Source of the DNA: Podospora anserina
Taxonomy: Eukaryota
Reading direction: 5' to 3'
DNA length: 64,000 nucleotides
Assembly (NCBI GenBank): GCA_017654855.1
Contig: CM030334.1
Span: 1,550,001 to 1,614,000, forward strand
A program made the position numbers and the translations under genes. Shown here in pieces: positions 1 to 12,464 of this stretch. The notes beneath the pieces were generated by a model. The model saw only the letters and a list, made by a program, of their open reading frames with translations, did not search any database and had not been told where the DNA came from. Every line of letters starts with the position of its first letter. Position 1 is the stretch's first letter.

Positions 1-34
1 GGATGCTCCAAAACGATCAATAAACGGCGCTCGC

Positions 35-220
35 CTTATCTCTGAGCACTTGCGATGAACACCCGCGGCCACTCGGAGAAGCAGGCGTCAAGCAGATGGC
101 GTAGGTGGCATGGTATGTAGCATACCTACCTTAGGTATATATGAAGCAATCGAACCATTCCCTACATGTTGGTCCCTCTAGTTCCCTTTGCCATTCTTCA
201 GCATTGTATGTAGTATTATC
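35..220 (+). promoter_or_regulatory. Putative nitrate-reductase promoter elements: GATA sites, CCGCGG core, TATA-like
   Basis: CTTATC 35-40 and ATTATC 215-220 (reverse complements of GATAAG and GATAAT, AreA/NIT2-type). CCGCGG at 63-68 partially matches the NirA/NIT4 site. TATATA near 136. All are short motifs that could occur by chance. Confidence 0.35.
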
Positions 221-246
221 GTGTTTGTTAGCGTCAGCTGCCCAAC

Positions 247-3152
247 ATGGAAGTGACTTCAGCCCTTGCTGCCTCTCAGGCGTTCACCAGGTCCCCTCTC
301 AGCTTCCAACAACAAAAGCCCACTGAAGATGGCATCCCACGAAGCTTCTATGACCTCGAGAAGCCATTGATTACCAACCTCGACGATATCGACTCCCAAT
401 CCAGCACATCACAGTCTTCCTCAGAGCAGGACCAAGATCAACAATCCTCATCATCACAGTCATCACCACCGACGGAAGACCAGCCGCCTCTTTCGGACTT
501 TGAGAAAGCCCTTCTTCACCCACAGCCAACTTCGGCACCATATCCATTGCCGCCAGCTCCCACTCCGATCTCAGTGCTGCCTCTTGATCTTAAGACACCA
601 GACAGCTTTGTCCCAAGAGACCCTGCCCTTATCAGGCTGACAGGCGTCCACCCCTTCAACGTCGAGGCCCCTCTCACGCCTTTATACGACCAGGGGTTCC
701 TCACTACCCTCAATCTTCACTATGTTCGCAACCACGGACCGGTTCCTCAGGTTCACGATGCCGACGCTCTATCATGGTCTTTCACCATCGAAGGCCTCTG
801 CTCTTCACCAATCACCCTCACTTTGGCAGATCTCATCTCCTCCCGTTTCGAAGATGAAGTCGTCTCCTACCCAGTAACACTAGTCTGCGCTGGTAACCGC
901 CGCAAAGAACAGAACCAGGTCCGCAAATCCAAAGGCTTCTCGTGGGGCGCCGCCGGCCTTTCAACATCTCTCTGGACCGGTCTACCACTCGGCCACCTCC
1001 TTTCCCTTGCCGGCGTCAACACTCGCAAGGGGAAATTTGTGCACTTTGAGGGCGCTGATGCCCTCCCCAACGGCTACTACGGGACGTCGGTGAAGCTGAG
1101 CCATGCCATGGACCCAGAAAGAGGCATGATGATCTCCTGGCTGATGAACGGTCTCCCTCTTCACCCCGACCACGGCAAGCCCCTTCGAGTGATCATCCCG
1201 GGTATGATTGGCGGGAGAAGCGTGAAATGGCTCAGGAAGATAATTATCAGCGACAAACCCTCGGAGAACTGGTATCACATCTACGACAACCGCGTCCTGC
1301 CCACCACAATCAGCCCCGAAGAAAGCGGTAACGGGACAGAAGAGATGGTCCAAATCTGGAAAGACGAGCGGTACGCCATCTACGACCTAAACACCAACTC
1401 GGCCGTCGTGTACCCCCAACACGAAGAAACCGTCCAAATCCAAGACGGAGCCACCTACGAGCTCAAAGGCTACGCCTACGCCGGCGGCGGCAAAAGAGTC
1501 ACCCGCATGGAGATTTCCCTGGATCAAGGCAAGACCTGGCTTTTGGGCAACATCTCCTACCCCGAAGACCTCTACCGCACCGAGACAGAAAGCCGCATCT
1601 ACGGCGGCCGTCTCGACCTCTCCCAAAACGGGCGTGACGCCTCCTTCTGCTGGTGTTTCTGGTCTCTCGCTCTCCCTGTCGGCACCCTCGCCGGGGCGTC
1701 TGACATTGTCGTCCGCGCCATGGACGAGGCAATGATGGTCCAGCCTAGGGACATGTACTGGTCGGTCCTGGGGATGATGAACAACCCCTGGTTCCGCGTC
1801 GTCATCCACCACGACACGACCTCCAACACCCTCCGGTTTGAACACCCAACCCAACCCGCCCTCCAACCCGGAGGCTGGATGGAACGGGTGAAAAGGTCAG
1901 GCGGCGACCTCACAAACGGCTTTTGGGGCGAGCGTCAAGCGGGCGGCGAAACCCTCACCAACCCTATAACCTCCCCACCAGAGAAGGAAATCTCCCTGAC
2001 AAACCCCGCCATCTCCCGCGAGGTTTCTCTAGAAGAGCTTCGCTCTCACGACAGCGAAGCCTCCCCTTGGTTTGTTCTGAACGGGGAAGTCTACGATGGC
2101 ACCGCCTTTCTCGAAGGCCACCCCGGCGGCGCCGCCTCCATAATCAACGCCGCAGCTCAGGATATATCAGATGAATTCCTCGCCATCCGTAAGCCCCCCT
2201 TCCCTTCCCTCTCATCCCCCCTCACTAACCCTCTCTAGACAGCGAAAACGCCAAAGCAATGATGCCCCGATACCACATCGGCACCCTTCCCCCCTCCTCC
2301 CTCCCCCTCCTCTCCCTCCCCACCCCATCCTCCCCCGCCACCCCCCGCCCCTCGTTCCTCCACCCCAAACAATGGCTCCCCGCCACTTTAATCTCCAAAA
2401 CAAAAGTATCCCCCAACACCAAAATCTTCACCTTCACCCTCCAACACGCAACCCAAACCCTCGGCCTCCCCGTTGGCCAACACCTCCTCGTCCGCCTTTC
2501 CTCCCCAGAAACAATAATAAGAGCCTACACCCCCATCTCCCCCGGCTCCCTCCCCACCGGAACCCTCTCCCTCCTCATAAAAATCTACCCCCCCTCCCCC
2601 GATTCCCCCTCTAGCGGAGGGAAAATGACGCTCGCCCTCGACGCCCTCCCCCTCCGCTCCCCGGTGGAATTCAAAGGCCCGGTCGGCAAGTTTCTCTACT
2701 TATCCCCCGGGCTATGTTCCGTAAACTCCAAGCAGCGAAACGTCACCAAGCTGGTCATGATCTGCGCCGGGAGCGGCATCACCCCCATCTTCCAGGTCCT
2801 CCGCGCAATCCTCTCCTCCCCCCCCTCCCTCGACCCAACAAAATGTCTTGTCCTCGACGGCAACAGGGTAGAAGAAGATATCTTGTGCAGAGACGAACTC
2901 GACGCCATGGCAAGGGGCAATAAGGAGAGGATGGAATTGGTATACAGCCTCAGCCGCCCCCAGGCCTCCTGGCAAGGCAGAAAAGGGAGGATGGACCGCC
3001 CGTTCTTCGAATCCGCCGTCGGAAAGCCAGATCCAGAAGGGAAAACGCTGGTGTTGGTTTGCGGGCCTGAGGGGTTGGAAAGGGCGATAAGAGAAACATT
3101 CACCGGAAGGGGCGGGTTGGGCTGGGACGAGGGGGATGTCGTCTTCTTTTGA
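247..3152 (+). CDS. niaD: Assimilatory nitrate reductase (Moco, dimerisation, cytochrome b5 and FAD/NAD(P)H domains)
   Basis: Motifs RLTGVHPFN, YVRNHGPVP, LVCAGNRRKEQN, HPGG, RAYTP, GGKMT and GSGITP. Intron 2189..2238 (GTAAGC..CTAAC..TAG) joins the two ORFs as FLAIH-SENAKAMM. The LSR...GRKGR segment resembles NADPH-type fungal enzymes. Confidence 0.96.
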
Positions 3153-3512
3153 GAAACACACATCTATGTATCTTGTGAAATTAGCACGAGTTTCAGTGTA
3201 CAAAAGCTTGACTTAATCAACATACCTTATTTTCACCCCTCTTCCCCCTTCTTTCAACAGATGGACTAGCAATTAAAACAAGATCCTGCCAGCCTCACAT
3301 ACGGTCCAAAAATGACACAAATAATTGATTTTCACATTACTCCAATGCGCCAAATGTGCAAAGACAGAAAACATAAACAGTATGAGCAGACCACAACCGA
3401 GGGTAACAATAAAGCCTCTTGATATAACCTTCTTTTGGTTTCCCCTTCCTCCCAATTTTCCCCGGCCAGACCTCTGACGAATTCCAACAACAACCACAAA
3501 AACCACCGCCGC

Positions 3513-5967
3513 TTAACGACTGCTGGTCTTGCCGATTGTGCGCTTGCCAGAAAACTAAAACACGCATTAGCATACCAATTCGACAGCGATAAGACAGAGA
3601 AAGAAAAAAACTCACCAGATGCTTGGGCATGGTAGCACCAATATGCCTATCAGCCTCACCCTGTCTCGCCATGCGGTTCATCTTGCGCTGAGCAAGCTTG
3701 GCCTGCCTCTCCACCTTTGTCCGCACAAGCTCGTCTGTGACACCATCCTCGCGACGGTTCGTCGCCATGACGGATCTGTCACGGGGTCTGCTCTGGCTGC
3801 GGAGTCTGTCTCTCGCCGAAGGAGCATTGTCAACATCCATGGCATCTGGGTCAACAGTGCCGGTTCTGGAGCGGGCACCAACTGATCTGCCACGGGTCTC
3901 ACGAACGGCCGCGCGACCACGGAGGTCAATCTCCTGGGTATCAACACCCAATTGGTCAAGGTGGTCCTCGAGCTGAGAGAACGACTTCTTGAGCGACTTG
4001 CGAGGGATCATGGCGCGGTTCTTGAGAGACTTGCGCATCTTGGCCTCGTTGCGGATGAGCTTGTGCTTCTCACGGATCAACTCGGCCTTCTGGAGAACCT
4101 CCTCCTCAGACTCATCGCCAACATCCGAGTCGGACTTGTAGAAGCCCTCCTTCTCGAGACGCTCCTCCTCCTCCTCGAGCGCGGCAAGCTTGGCGTCGAT
4201 ATCTGGGTCGACATAGTCGTAGACGTTTTTGCCATCGTAAATCTCGGGGATCTTGTCGTACTTCCATTCTGGGTTGGCGAGGAGATAATCCCTCTTGAGA
4301 TCGACGTTGAACACACCGGCACCACCATTCTCGAACTCCTCGTCACGAGCCAACCTTCTTCTTTCGGGGTCGTTCTTGTCGTACTTCTTCATGTTCTTGA
4401 TAGCTTCTGGGACAAAAGTCTCGCGAGTAACACCACCCATAGGCTGGGCAACATGAATACGGGCCATAACCTCGGTGAGGCGAGAGCCCATGTTGCCGCT
4501 GCTGCCAGTGCCAGCCTTCAACTTTTGAGAGACACGCTCAGCGAGCAGACGCTCGCAAACGTGGTTCTTGACGTCCTGAACACCCTCCTGGGTGGCGCAC
4601 GAAGCACGGAGAAGCTCGACATCGCCAGACTTGACGAGGTCGTTGAGCTCGGCCTGCATCTCTGGCTCCAACTCCTCAAATTTCTTCACATCCATCTTGT
4701 TCAAGACGACAAAGACCATCTTGTTGGCGAAAAGGGGCTTGATCGACTTGAAGAGGTTGATTTGCGCCTTCAGTGAGTAACCGCACTGCTCGCTGATGTC
4801 GATGAAGAAGCAAATGGCGGCTCTGAGATGGGCAAGGGCGGTAACGGACTGCATTTCGATGGTGTTCATTTCCTCGAGGGGGTGGTCGAGAATACCGGGG
4901 GTGTCGATTACTTGATAGCGGAGGTACTTGTAGTCAAGATGACCGACGAACAAGCTCTTGGTTGTGAAAGCATAGGGCTCAACGGGGGTATCGGCCCTGG
5001 TGACGGAGCTGACGAACGAACTCTTGCCGACGTTGGGGAAACCGGCAACGAGGAGAGTACGGGTGGTGGGGTTGATGTCGGGCAATCTGGCCAAATGCTG
5101 TCTGACCTGGTCGAGATAGGCGAGAGGGTCTTTTAGCCTCTTGATGAGAGTGGCCATACGACCGAGAGCGGCCCTCTTGAGCTGCTTGCACTGGTACAAA
5201 CTCTGAGAGTACTTGAGGAGACGGACGTAGTCGCGAGAGATGGTCTCGATCAAGTGCTTGGCTGTCGAGACCTGGCCGAGGGCCACCTTGAAATGGTCGG
5301 CATCTGTTGAACCAAATCGTCAGCACCATTCCGAGCTTCACCTCCTCCAAATCCAGCAAAACGCACCATAGAGAATATTCATCAAGTCGCGGTGGAAGGG
5401 ATGCTGATCCGTGAGGATGGGAAAGCTGGAAACAATGGCGCCGAACTTTTCGCTGCATGTTTCCTGTGTGAACCTGGGGTTGAAGGTTAGCGTTCCGTTC
5501 GAGATTGTCGTCGACTTCGAAGTGGTATGCGACGATGGAGAGGCATTGCGAGGTGTACTGACTTGACCTTGCGGGTATAGAAGGCGCGAATTCTGCTGAC
5601 TGTAGGCGCATGGTGTTAGCAAACTGTTGATCCCATTGTCCTCATCGTTGTCCAGGTTCTACGTACTCTTGAAGCCAGCACGGACTTGATTGCGATTTTC
5701 GAGTCAGCAACAGTGTTCCTACAAGCAGTCCTATTCGATGTACGCACTCTGAGTGGGCAATCTCCTCTGTGTCCGCCTGTGGTACTGTTAGCATCACCCA
5801 TCCCAGTCCTGAGGGTCGAAAATATCTTCAACTTACGAGAGGATGATATCAATAAACTCCTGCGCCCTGCATCCAGCAAAAAGAATCAGTCAGTTTTGTC
5901 CCAGCGTCGTCCTTGTTGAAATCGAATATCCTTACGTAGGCACGGGCGCAATATCCTTCCACGTCAT
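3513..5967 (-). CDS. NOG1: Nucleolar GTP-binding protein 1 (60S biogenesis)
   Basis: [28 protein letters not shown] and NKMD motifs, with C-terminal [16 protein letters not shown]. Predicted exons: 5967-5936, 5866-5837, 5776-5748, 5684-5667, 5599-5563, 5473-5367, 5303-3616, 3554-3513. Phases are consistent. Confidence 0.95.
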
Positions 5968-6653
5968 GTCGGGCAACTGTTTTGTCTGTCGTTGTCCGGG
6001 GAAGTGATAAGGTGGTGGGTGAGGTTTGGGGTGGGGCGTGGGTGAAGAAGGCGAAAAAGAGTATCGCAGCGTCCTAGCGGGGCGGTGTCGATTTGGCCGA
6101 CCGCAGAACTCGCCTCGAAATATTTTTTCCAGCCCGCAGAAGATTTTTGATAAGATAAGAAAGCGGTGTGTGTGGGAATTCCAGGCGAGTGGGGCTGGTG
6201 CCAAGATGTCAGTGGGGTTCAAGCTGGTCAGCAAGGTACCGGGGCCACATTGAACACAACGACTGGACCCTTGAACGGGTTGCTCCTTGCCATCTCAAAA
6301 ATATTGAAAGGATTGTTTCCTAAGGTATTGTCGACGACAGAAAGCTAAGGTATAGCTCCTGAGCTCCCAACTAGCTATAACTGAGCCCTGATATTTCCAA
6401 ACATCATACAGTAGAATAATTGGCACCATACCAATGCGCACTTATACCCCCTTCCAGCCCCGCCTGTCGGCACGAAAAGCAGCCAATTACCCCACCATGC
6501 ATCTTGCTATCAAAAAATCCAATCTTTTTCATGGCGGGGCAACCCATATGCGCCTCGACGACGGTTAAGCCATAACTTCGATAACCACTCCCAAAATACC
6601 ATCTTGCTTCCACTTCAACCCCCTTTGATACCCCAATCCCACCACCGCCCACC

Positions 6654-7343
6654 ATGTCCGAGCTCCCCCAATACAAGAAAGACTTCCTCAAATCCGCCAT
6701 CGACGGCAACATCCTCAAATTCGGCTCCTTCCTCCTCAAATCAGGTCGCACCTCCCCTTACTTCTTCAACGCCGGCGACTTCTACCGCGCCGACCTCCTG
6801 AACTCCATCTCCACCGCCTACGCCCTCACAATCGACTCCCTCCCCATCCAGTACGACATCATCTTCGGCCCCGCCTACAAGGGCATCCCCCTCGCCACCG
6901 CCGCCACCATCAAGCTCGGCCAGATCAACCCCGACAAGTACGCCTCGGTCGAGTACTCGTTCGACCGCAAGGAGGCCAAGGACCACGGCGAGGGCGGCAA
7001 CATCGTCGGCGCCCCCTTGAAGGGAAAGAGAGTCCTCATCGTGGACGATGTCATCACCGCTGGCACCGCCAAGAGGGAGGCCATCGCCAAGATTGAGAAG
7101 GAGGGCGGCATCGTAGCTGGCATCGTTGTTGCGTTGGACAGGATGGAGAAGCTTCCGGCCAAGGATGGGGATGATTCCAAGCCTGGGCCGTCTGCGCTGG
7201 GCGAGTTGAAGAAGGAGTACAACCTGCCGATTTATGCTATTTTGACATTGGATGATATTATTGAGGGGATCAAGGGCTTGGTTGGAGAGGAGGATATCAA
7301 GCGGACTGAGGAGTATAGGGAGAAGTACAAGGCTACTGACTAA
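6654..7343 (+). CDS. URA5: Orotate phosphoribosyltransferase
   Basis: Intronless 229-aa ORF with [34 protein letters not shown] and the PRPP motif [11 protein letters not shown]. Confidence 0.98.
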   Translation: MSELPQYKKDFLKSAIDGNILKFGSFLLKSGRTSPYFFNAGDFYRADLLNSISTAYALTIDSLPIQYDIIFGPAYKGIPLATAATIKLGQINPDKYASVEYSFDRKEAKDHGEGGNIVGAPLKGKRVLIVDDVITAGTAKREAIAKIEKEGGIVAGIVVALDRMEKLPAKDGDDSKPGPSALGELKKEYNLPIYAILTLDDIIEGIKGLVGEEDIKRTEEYREKYKATD

Positions 7344-7668
7344 AGTGCCTGTGAAAAAAGGAAATGAAAAAATATGGCAGAGATAGGCTTCTAGATCAAG
7401 ATGAGGGGATGCCGGTCATCTCTAATGGGACTTCTGAGGACTACGTCGAAGCTGTCTGATCCTGGAATCGAGTCACTATGCCCGTGCAACAGCAAGGTAA
7501 TCCTCACACGAAAGTCACCATGTTTTCGACATCAGCGGTTACATATCCCCTGTCTAATTCAAAAAGGAGGTCCAAGTTGGTTCGGATCTCCCTATTCTGC
7601 TGCTCGGAATCCATATCCAGTCGCTGCCTCGTATAGCAGTCTGTTGCCATCGGAAGATATCAGAAACA

Positions 7669-8640
7669 CTACTCTGGTTTCCCAGAAAGATCAAACACCT
7701 GCAAAACAACTTCGTTAGTCCTCCACAACACCTCTCTCATGAATTCACAACAGCAAAGCACTCACCATATCATTCCACCCCCCACCCCCAAACTGCGCCT
7801 TGCTTGGCCCCAGGTTCTTGTACCCAAACCTCTCATAATATCCCACCAGATAATCCTGGCAAATCAATCCCACCCCCTCCCCCAGCCCCATACCCTTCAC
7901 CTGCTGCAAATACGCCTTCATGATCATCTTGCCTATCCCGCATCCCTGAAGTCCAGGCAAAACAGCAAGTGAATGCAGCGCCACCAGCCCCCCCGTCTCC
8001 TGATGGCCCACCTCGGCAGACTTCCCTTGTCGTGTCCGCCAGTCTTTGGGGTAGTCCATATCAGCGTCACTGACGACTTTGCCAGTCCCACGAGTGGAGA
8101 CGATATGCGCCAGTAGCACCGACACGGCGCCATCAGCCCGGTCGGTTTCCACCGGGCGGGCGGTGGAAAGGGTGGGGAGCTTGCAGGAGGAGGGAAGCTG
8201 GGAGGGGATGACGGTGCAGAAGACGCCGAGGGAGAGTTCGGGGCAGGTGGTGAGGCGGTATTCGAACTGGGAAGGGTGTTAGCAAAGCCTCATTGATATG
8301 TTGAGAAAAGAACCATGGGTTTTACCTTCTCAGGGGACGCCCTATGGTCAGGGTTGGGGAAGGCGGCGTTCTCCAATTGCACGCATGACGGTGCGTCAGA
8401 GACGGTCAGGGGTCTGATGTTTGGGAAAAAGGGGAACGGAAGCGCCTTCTGAAGCCTCGACTCGGGAGAGTCTTTCTCTGCTCGTCGCTTCTGACTGAGT
8501 GTCTTTTGCAGTTGGGCAAAGTCCCCGTCGGCATCGGAGGACTCGTCAATGGCTTGGTCTCCATCGACGGGGCTTGGGCTGGCTGTGGTTGGAGGGTTGA
8601 CGTCCTCCCTCGCCGGCTGTTGTTCAATTTGGGAGACCAT
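7669..8640 (-). CDS. GNAT-family N-acetyltransferase (polyamine/arylalkylamine acetyltransferase, Paa1-like)
   Basis: IRPLTVSD..LENAAFP, LHSLAVLPGLQGCGIGKMIM (motif A), YYERFGY and GGGGWNDM. Introns 8325..8267 and 7765..7699; ends VFDLSGKPE*. Confidence 0.85.
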
Positions 8641-10523
8641 GTTTGAAAACGGGATGCTGTGCTGTGTCGTGTGCCGCTGTGCTAGCTACACAGTGAAGTC
8701 TGCGGTGAAATATGAATAAGAAAATCCAATATTACACCACGTGGTCAAGTCAAGGCCAGTGACACCCGAAATGACTTGTGATGATGATAAACACAATGGA
8801 GAGATGATCGGCTAGGTATTCAAAAGATATCGAACTTGATGCCTCGAGGTTGTAAGGTGGAAACGGTCAAGAACCGAGCGAAGCAACGTTGTATCACCGG
8901 TACTCTTTACCACCAGGCTGGGAAGAAGGTACGAAGGCCAAGCGTCAACGGAGCAGCATGGGTACCCAAACTCACTTCCACAAACCAGTCATGAGATCCC
9001 CAAATGTCTAAGCTGCAGATCCACCCTGCGAGGGGGAACTTGCAAAAGGGAACGACAGAAGACGCCTTTGCCCCTCGGTCAGTGGAATTTTGCTGTCATT
9101 CGCCTGTCAAACAGGACCCCTGGTGGACCCTGACGTTTGCAGGTGTCAATATCCAACGTTGGCGGCGCCGATCAGAACGACAACGGTGTTGACGGCGTGG
9201 TCAAGGGGATGCCGGCAGGCACTCCGTGACTTACCCCGCCCCCTCCATCTCCGTGAAATATCCACAACGCCAAACAGGGGTCGGGCTGACGTCACCGATA
9301 AGCTTCTGAGATGGTGAGATCCTGAGACGGCCTTTTAAGGCGATCTCTTCCCCAGCTGGCCCAAGAGGGAGATCGAGAAGATGTAGTCGTCTGTGCGAAA
9401 AACAATTCTCACTGAGAATCTGACAAAAAAGAGAAAGGGTGTAGCAGTCATGCAGAGCGCTGCATGCAAGAGATAAAAAAGAGTCAGTCGTCCCGTCTCT
9501 AGGTGTCCCAACATGTTGTGATCTATCAAGCGAGCCAATACCGGACGGAGCGCCTTGCATCCACCTCTGCTGCAATCGATGCATACATGGGGGGTCAACT
9601 GATCCCCTGATGCATATACTTGATGCCCTTGTCGCCCGGTTGAAGAGCCCCCAGCTTGCGAGGGTGAAAAGTTCATCCCAACGCTGAAGCCTGCAAGTTG
9701 TTGCTGATGGTCAGTCATGAACAGCATCCATGATGCCTAGACGAGGCAGCAGCGCGTGTCTTACGGACGGCCTTTCGCTCGGCATTGGATTCCAATGTAC
9801 ACCGCTACACTGACTGTTCAGTGCCTGAGAAAACCTGGCCATGTGTCCACCCGGGGAAGCTTGCCTGCTGCATAGAAGAACCTCGATGGGCTTCCAATAA
9901 CTTCCATCTCTCAGCTCAGCAGCAGAGGTAGGATGCTAAGGCAGGTCGACAAAGCTACTGCGGCTTCAGGGGCATGAAGCACTGCTTGCGAAGCTTAAAT
10001 GCATCTTAGTGTGTTAGAAGTGTACAGCCGCATAGGTATGGCCATCTGTGTCGGTTGGTGGTTGGTGGTTGTAAAAACTGGAAATGGCGTAAAAAAGGTT
10101 GAAGGGAACTCTGGAAGTCTCAGGTCGTCTTCCGTGTCTCTACCCCACGCTCCCCAGGCTAGCAAAAGGTCTGGACCCTCCAATCAGGTATTTTAGGGAG
10201 CCTATGCCCCCCTGGTTCTAGCTACTCGTCCAAGGCTTTAGCGGTGCCTTTCTCGGAAAGGAAACTGGAGCCCCTCCGTCACCGACTTAGCTTGAGACCT
10301 TACCTCGGGCTGCCCCTCGTGCCACAGCATACAACGGAGCTTGACTGTTGACAAACACAACACCCACCGCCTCGACTGACTTTTCCTCTCTTCGAAACTT
10401 GAAATTTTTTACTTTTAGATTCTCTTCCGGTGGCATTGATCCCAACGCTTGCAACCACTCGTACTTGTTCCGTCTAGTTCCACTACCATCGACGCTCTCT
10501 CCGCTTGCGCCAGACTCGACAAC

Positions 10524-12023
10524 ATGTAAGTCGATTCTTTTTACCTTTTATCACGTTAAACGTTCCTGGTGACAGGTTACTCACGAACACCAGGCGCATC
10601 ACGCTCACAATCACAAACGCCGAAACCCAGGCGGACGACCAGGACCTCTTGTCTCTGGACGTCTACCCGGAGATGACCATCGAGACCCTCCGAAGCTCGA
10701 TCCAAGTCGAAACCGGCCACCCCTCCACCTCCCAACACCTGTACCATAATGGCAAGCTCATCAACGACAATTCCAAGACACTGGCCGAATTGAACGTCGA
10801 CGATGGCGACATGATGGCCCTCCACGTTCGCGACATTCGTGGTAGCACCGGAATCCCAACAGGACAGGGGGAAGCAGGACCGTCTCGTCAGCAAGCGCAG
10901 GCGCCTTCAGGAGCACAGGACCCCGAGACCGTCCGTCTTCAGATTCTGGGCAACCCAGCTCTTCGGCGAGAGGTGGAGAACTCATCACCACAGTGGGCTG
11001 GTGCGCTGGACGATCCGGTCAGGTTCGCCCAAATCTTCAACAGCCAGTATGATGTTGAGAGGCGGGAGCGGGCTGAGCGCCACCGGATGATTGCGAGACT
11101 GAATGAGGATCCGTTTGATGTGGAAGCTCAAAGGAAGATCGAAGAGATGATCCGGCAAGAGCGTGTCATGGAGAACCTTCAAAATGCCATTGAGCATAAC
11201 CCCGAGGGTAGGTTCCTTTGACTATCTGTACCAGCGGTTCTTACAAGAGCACCTCTCTAACAAAATGTCAGTTTTTGGTTATGTGCATATGCTGTACCTC
11301 GACGTCGAGGTCAACGGGCACAAGGTCAAGGCTCTTGTTGACTCTGGCGCTCAGGCCACTATCATGAGCCCGAGTTGTGCTGAAGCCTGCGGTATCATGA
11401 GGCTGGTTGACAGGCGCTTTGCTGGTATCGCTAAGGGTGTCGGGACAGCCAACATTCTCGGCCGTGTCCACTCGGCCCAAATAAAGATTGGCCCTCTCTT
11501 TCTTCCCTGCAGCTTCACAGTCATGGAGGGTAAGACGGTGGAGCTCCTGCTCGGCTTGGACATGTTGAAGCGTTATCAGGCTTGCATCGACCTGGCCAAG
11601 AACGCGCTGGTCATCCAGGGGGAGGTTGTGCCTTTCTTGGGAGAGGCTGACATCCCCAGGGATGTTGAGGAGCAAGTACAAAAAGAGCCAACTGCTCCCG
11701 GTCCCGCCGGTACTACGATCGGCCAACGGACCGGAGCTGTCACTGCCCCAGGTGCTCCGGCTCCTGGTTCACCAGTCCCTCAGGCTGAGGCACCACCTGC
11801 TGCTCCCGCCGCAGCGCCCGTTCAACCCTCGCGGCCTCAGCCACAGCAGCAACAGCCACCACCACAACAACAACAACAACAGCAGCAGCAAACTTCGCGA
11901 TTCCCCCGGGAGCATATCGAGCAGCTCAAGGCTCTGGGGGCCTCGGAGCAGCAGGCTATTCAGGCCTTGGAAGCTACTGGTGGTAATGTTGAGTATGCTG
12001 CCAGCTTGATTTTCGAGGCTTAA
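10524..12023 (+). CDS. DDI1: DNA damage-inducible protein 1 (UBL, retroviral-like aspartyl protease, UBA)
   Basis: N-terminal UBL, protease motif [22 protein letters not shown]-terminal UBA ([17 protein letters not shown]). Introns 10526..10593 (splits AT|G) and 11208..11271. Confidence 0.95.
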
Positions 12024-12464
12024 GAGGGATTATGGGATCTGGTACCATGCCGAACTCCTGGATCGTTGGCGCAAAGCTTTCGTAGGTAGCATAGCGTGTT
12101 TTTTTGAACTTGCGCTCGGTTTGTGATAGATATTTCGGACCTACCTGGGGGGTTTTTTTTTTTTTTGCTGGAATTATACACACAAAAACAAGACGGGAAA
12201 AGAGAGAAAAGTCCTCTTTAGAATTGGGAGTCAGTGAAGTAGCGTTTGGGCAGGAATTGATGAGCTTCTGTGTGCCAACCTATCTATCTACCGAACTTCA
12301 CGTCGAGCCTCACAAGGTCAAACAACGCTCATTCATATCTAAACCCCGTTTGTTTTCTCTTACTGGATCCCATGACTTGACGTATCTTGCCGTACCTAAT
12401 TGCCCTTGCTTTTATCTACCACTACCATCACCCCCATGCATACCCTACCTACAACAAAAAGAAT

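Noticed and set aside
247..7343. Nitrate-assimilation cluster
   Set aside because: No nitrite reductase or nitrate transporter lies downstream. The upstream side is outside the window and cannot be judged.
11330..11600. Retroviral-type aspartyl protease motif (DSGA) suggesting a retrotransposon
   Set aside because: It is the normal DDI1 protease domain between UBL and UBA. There is no RT, integrase or LTR.
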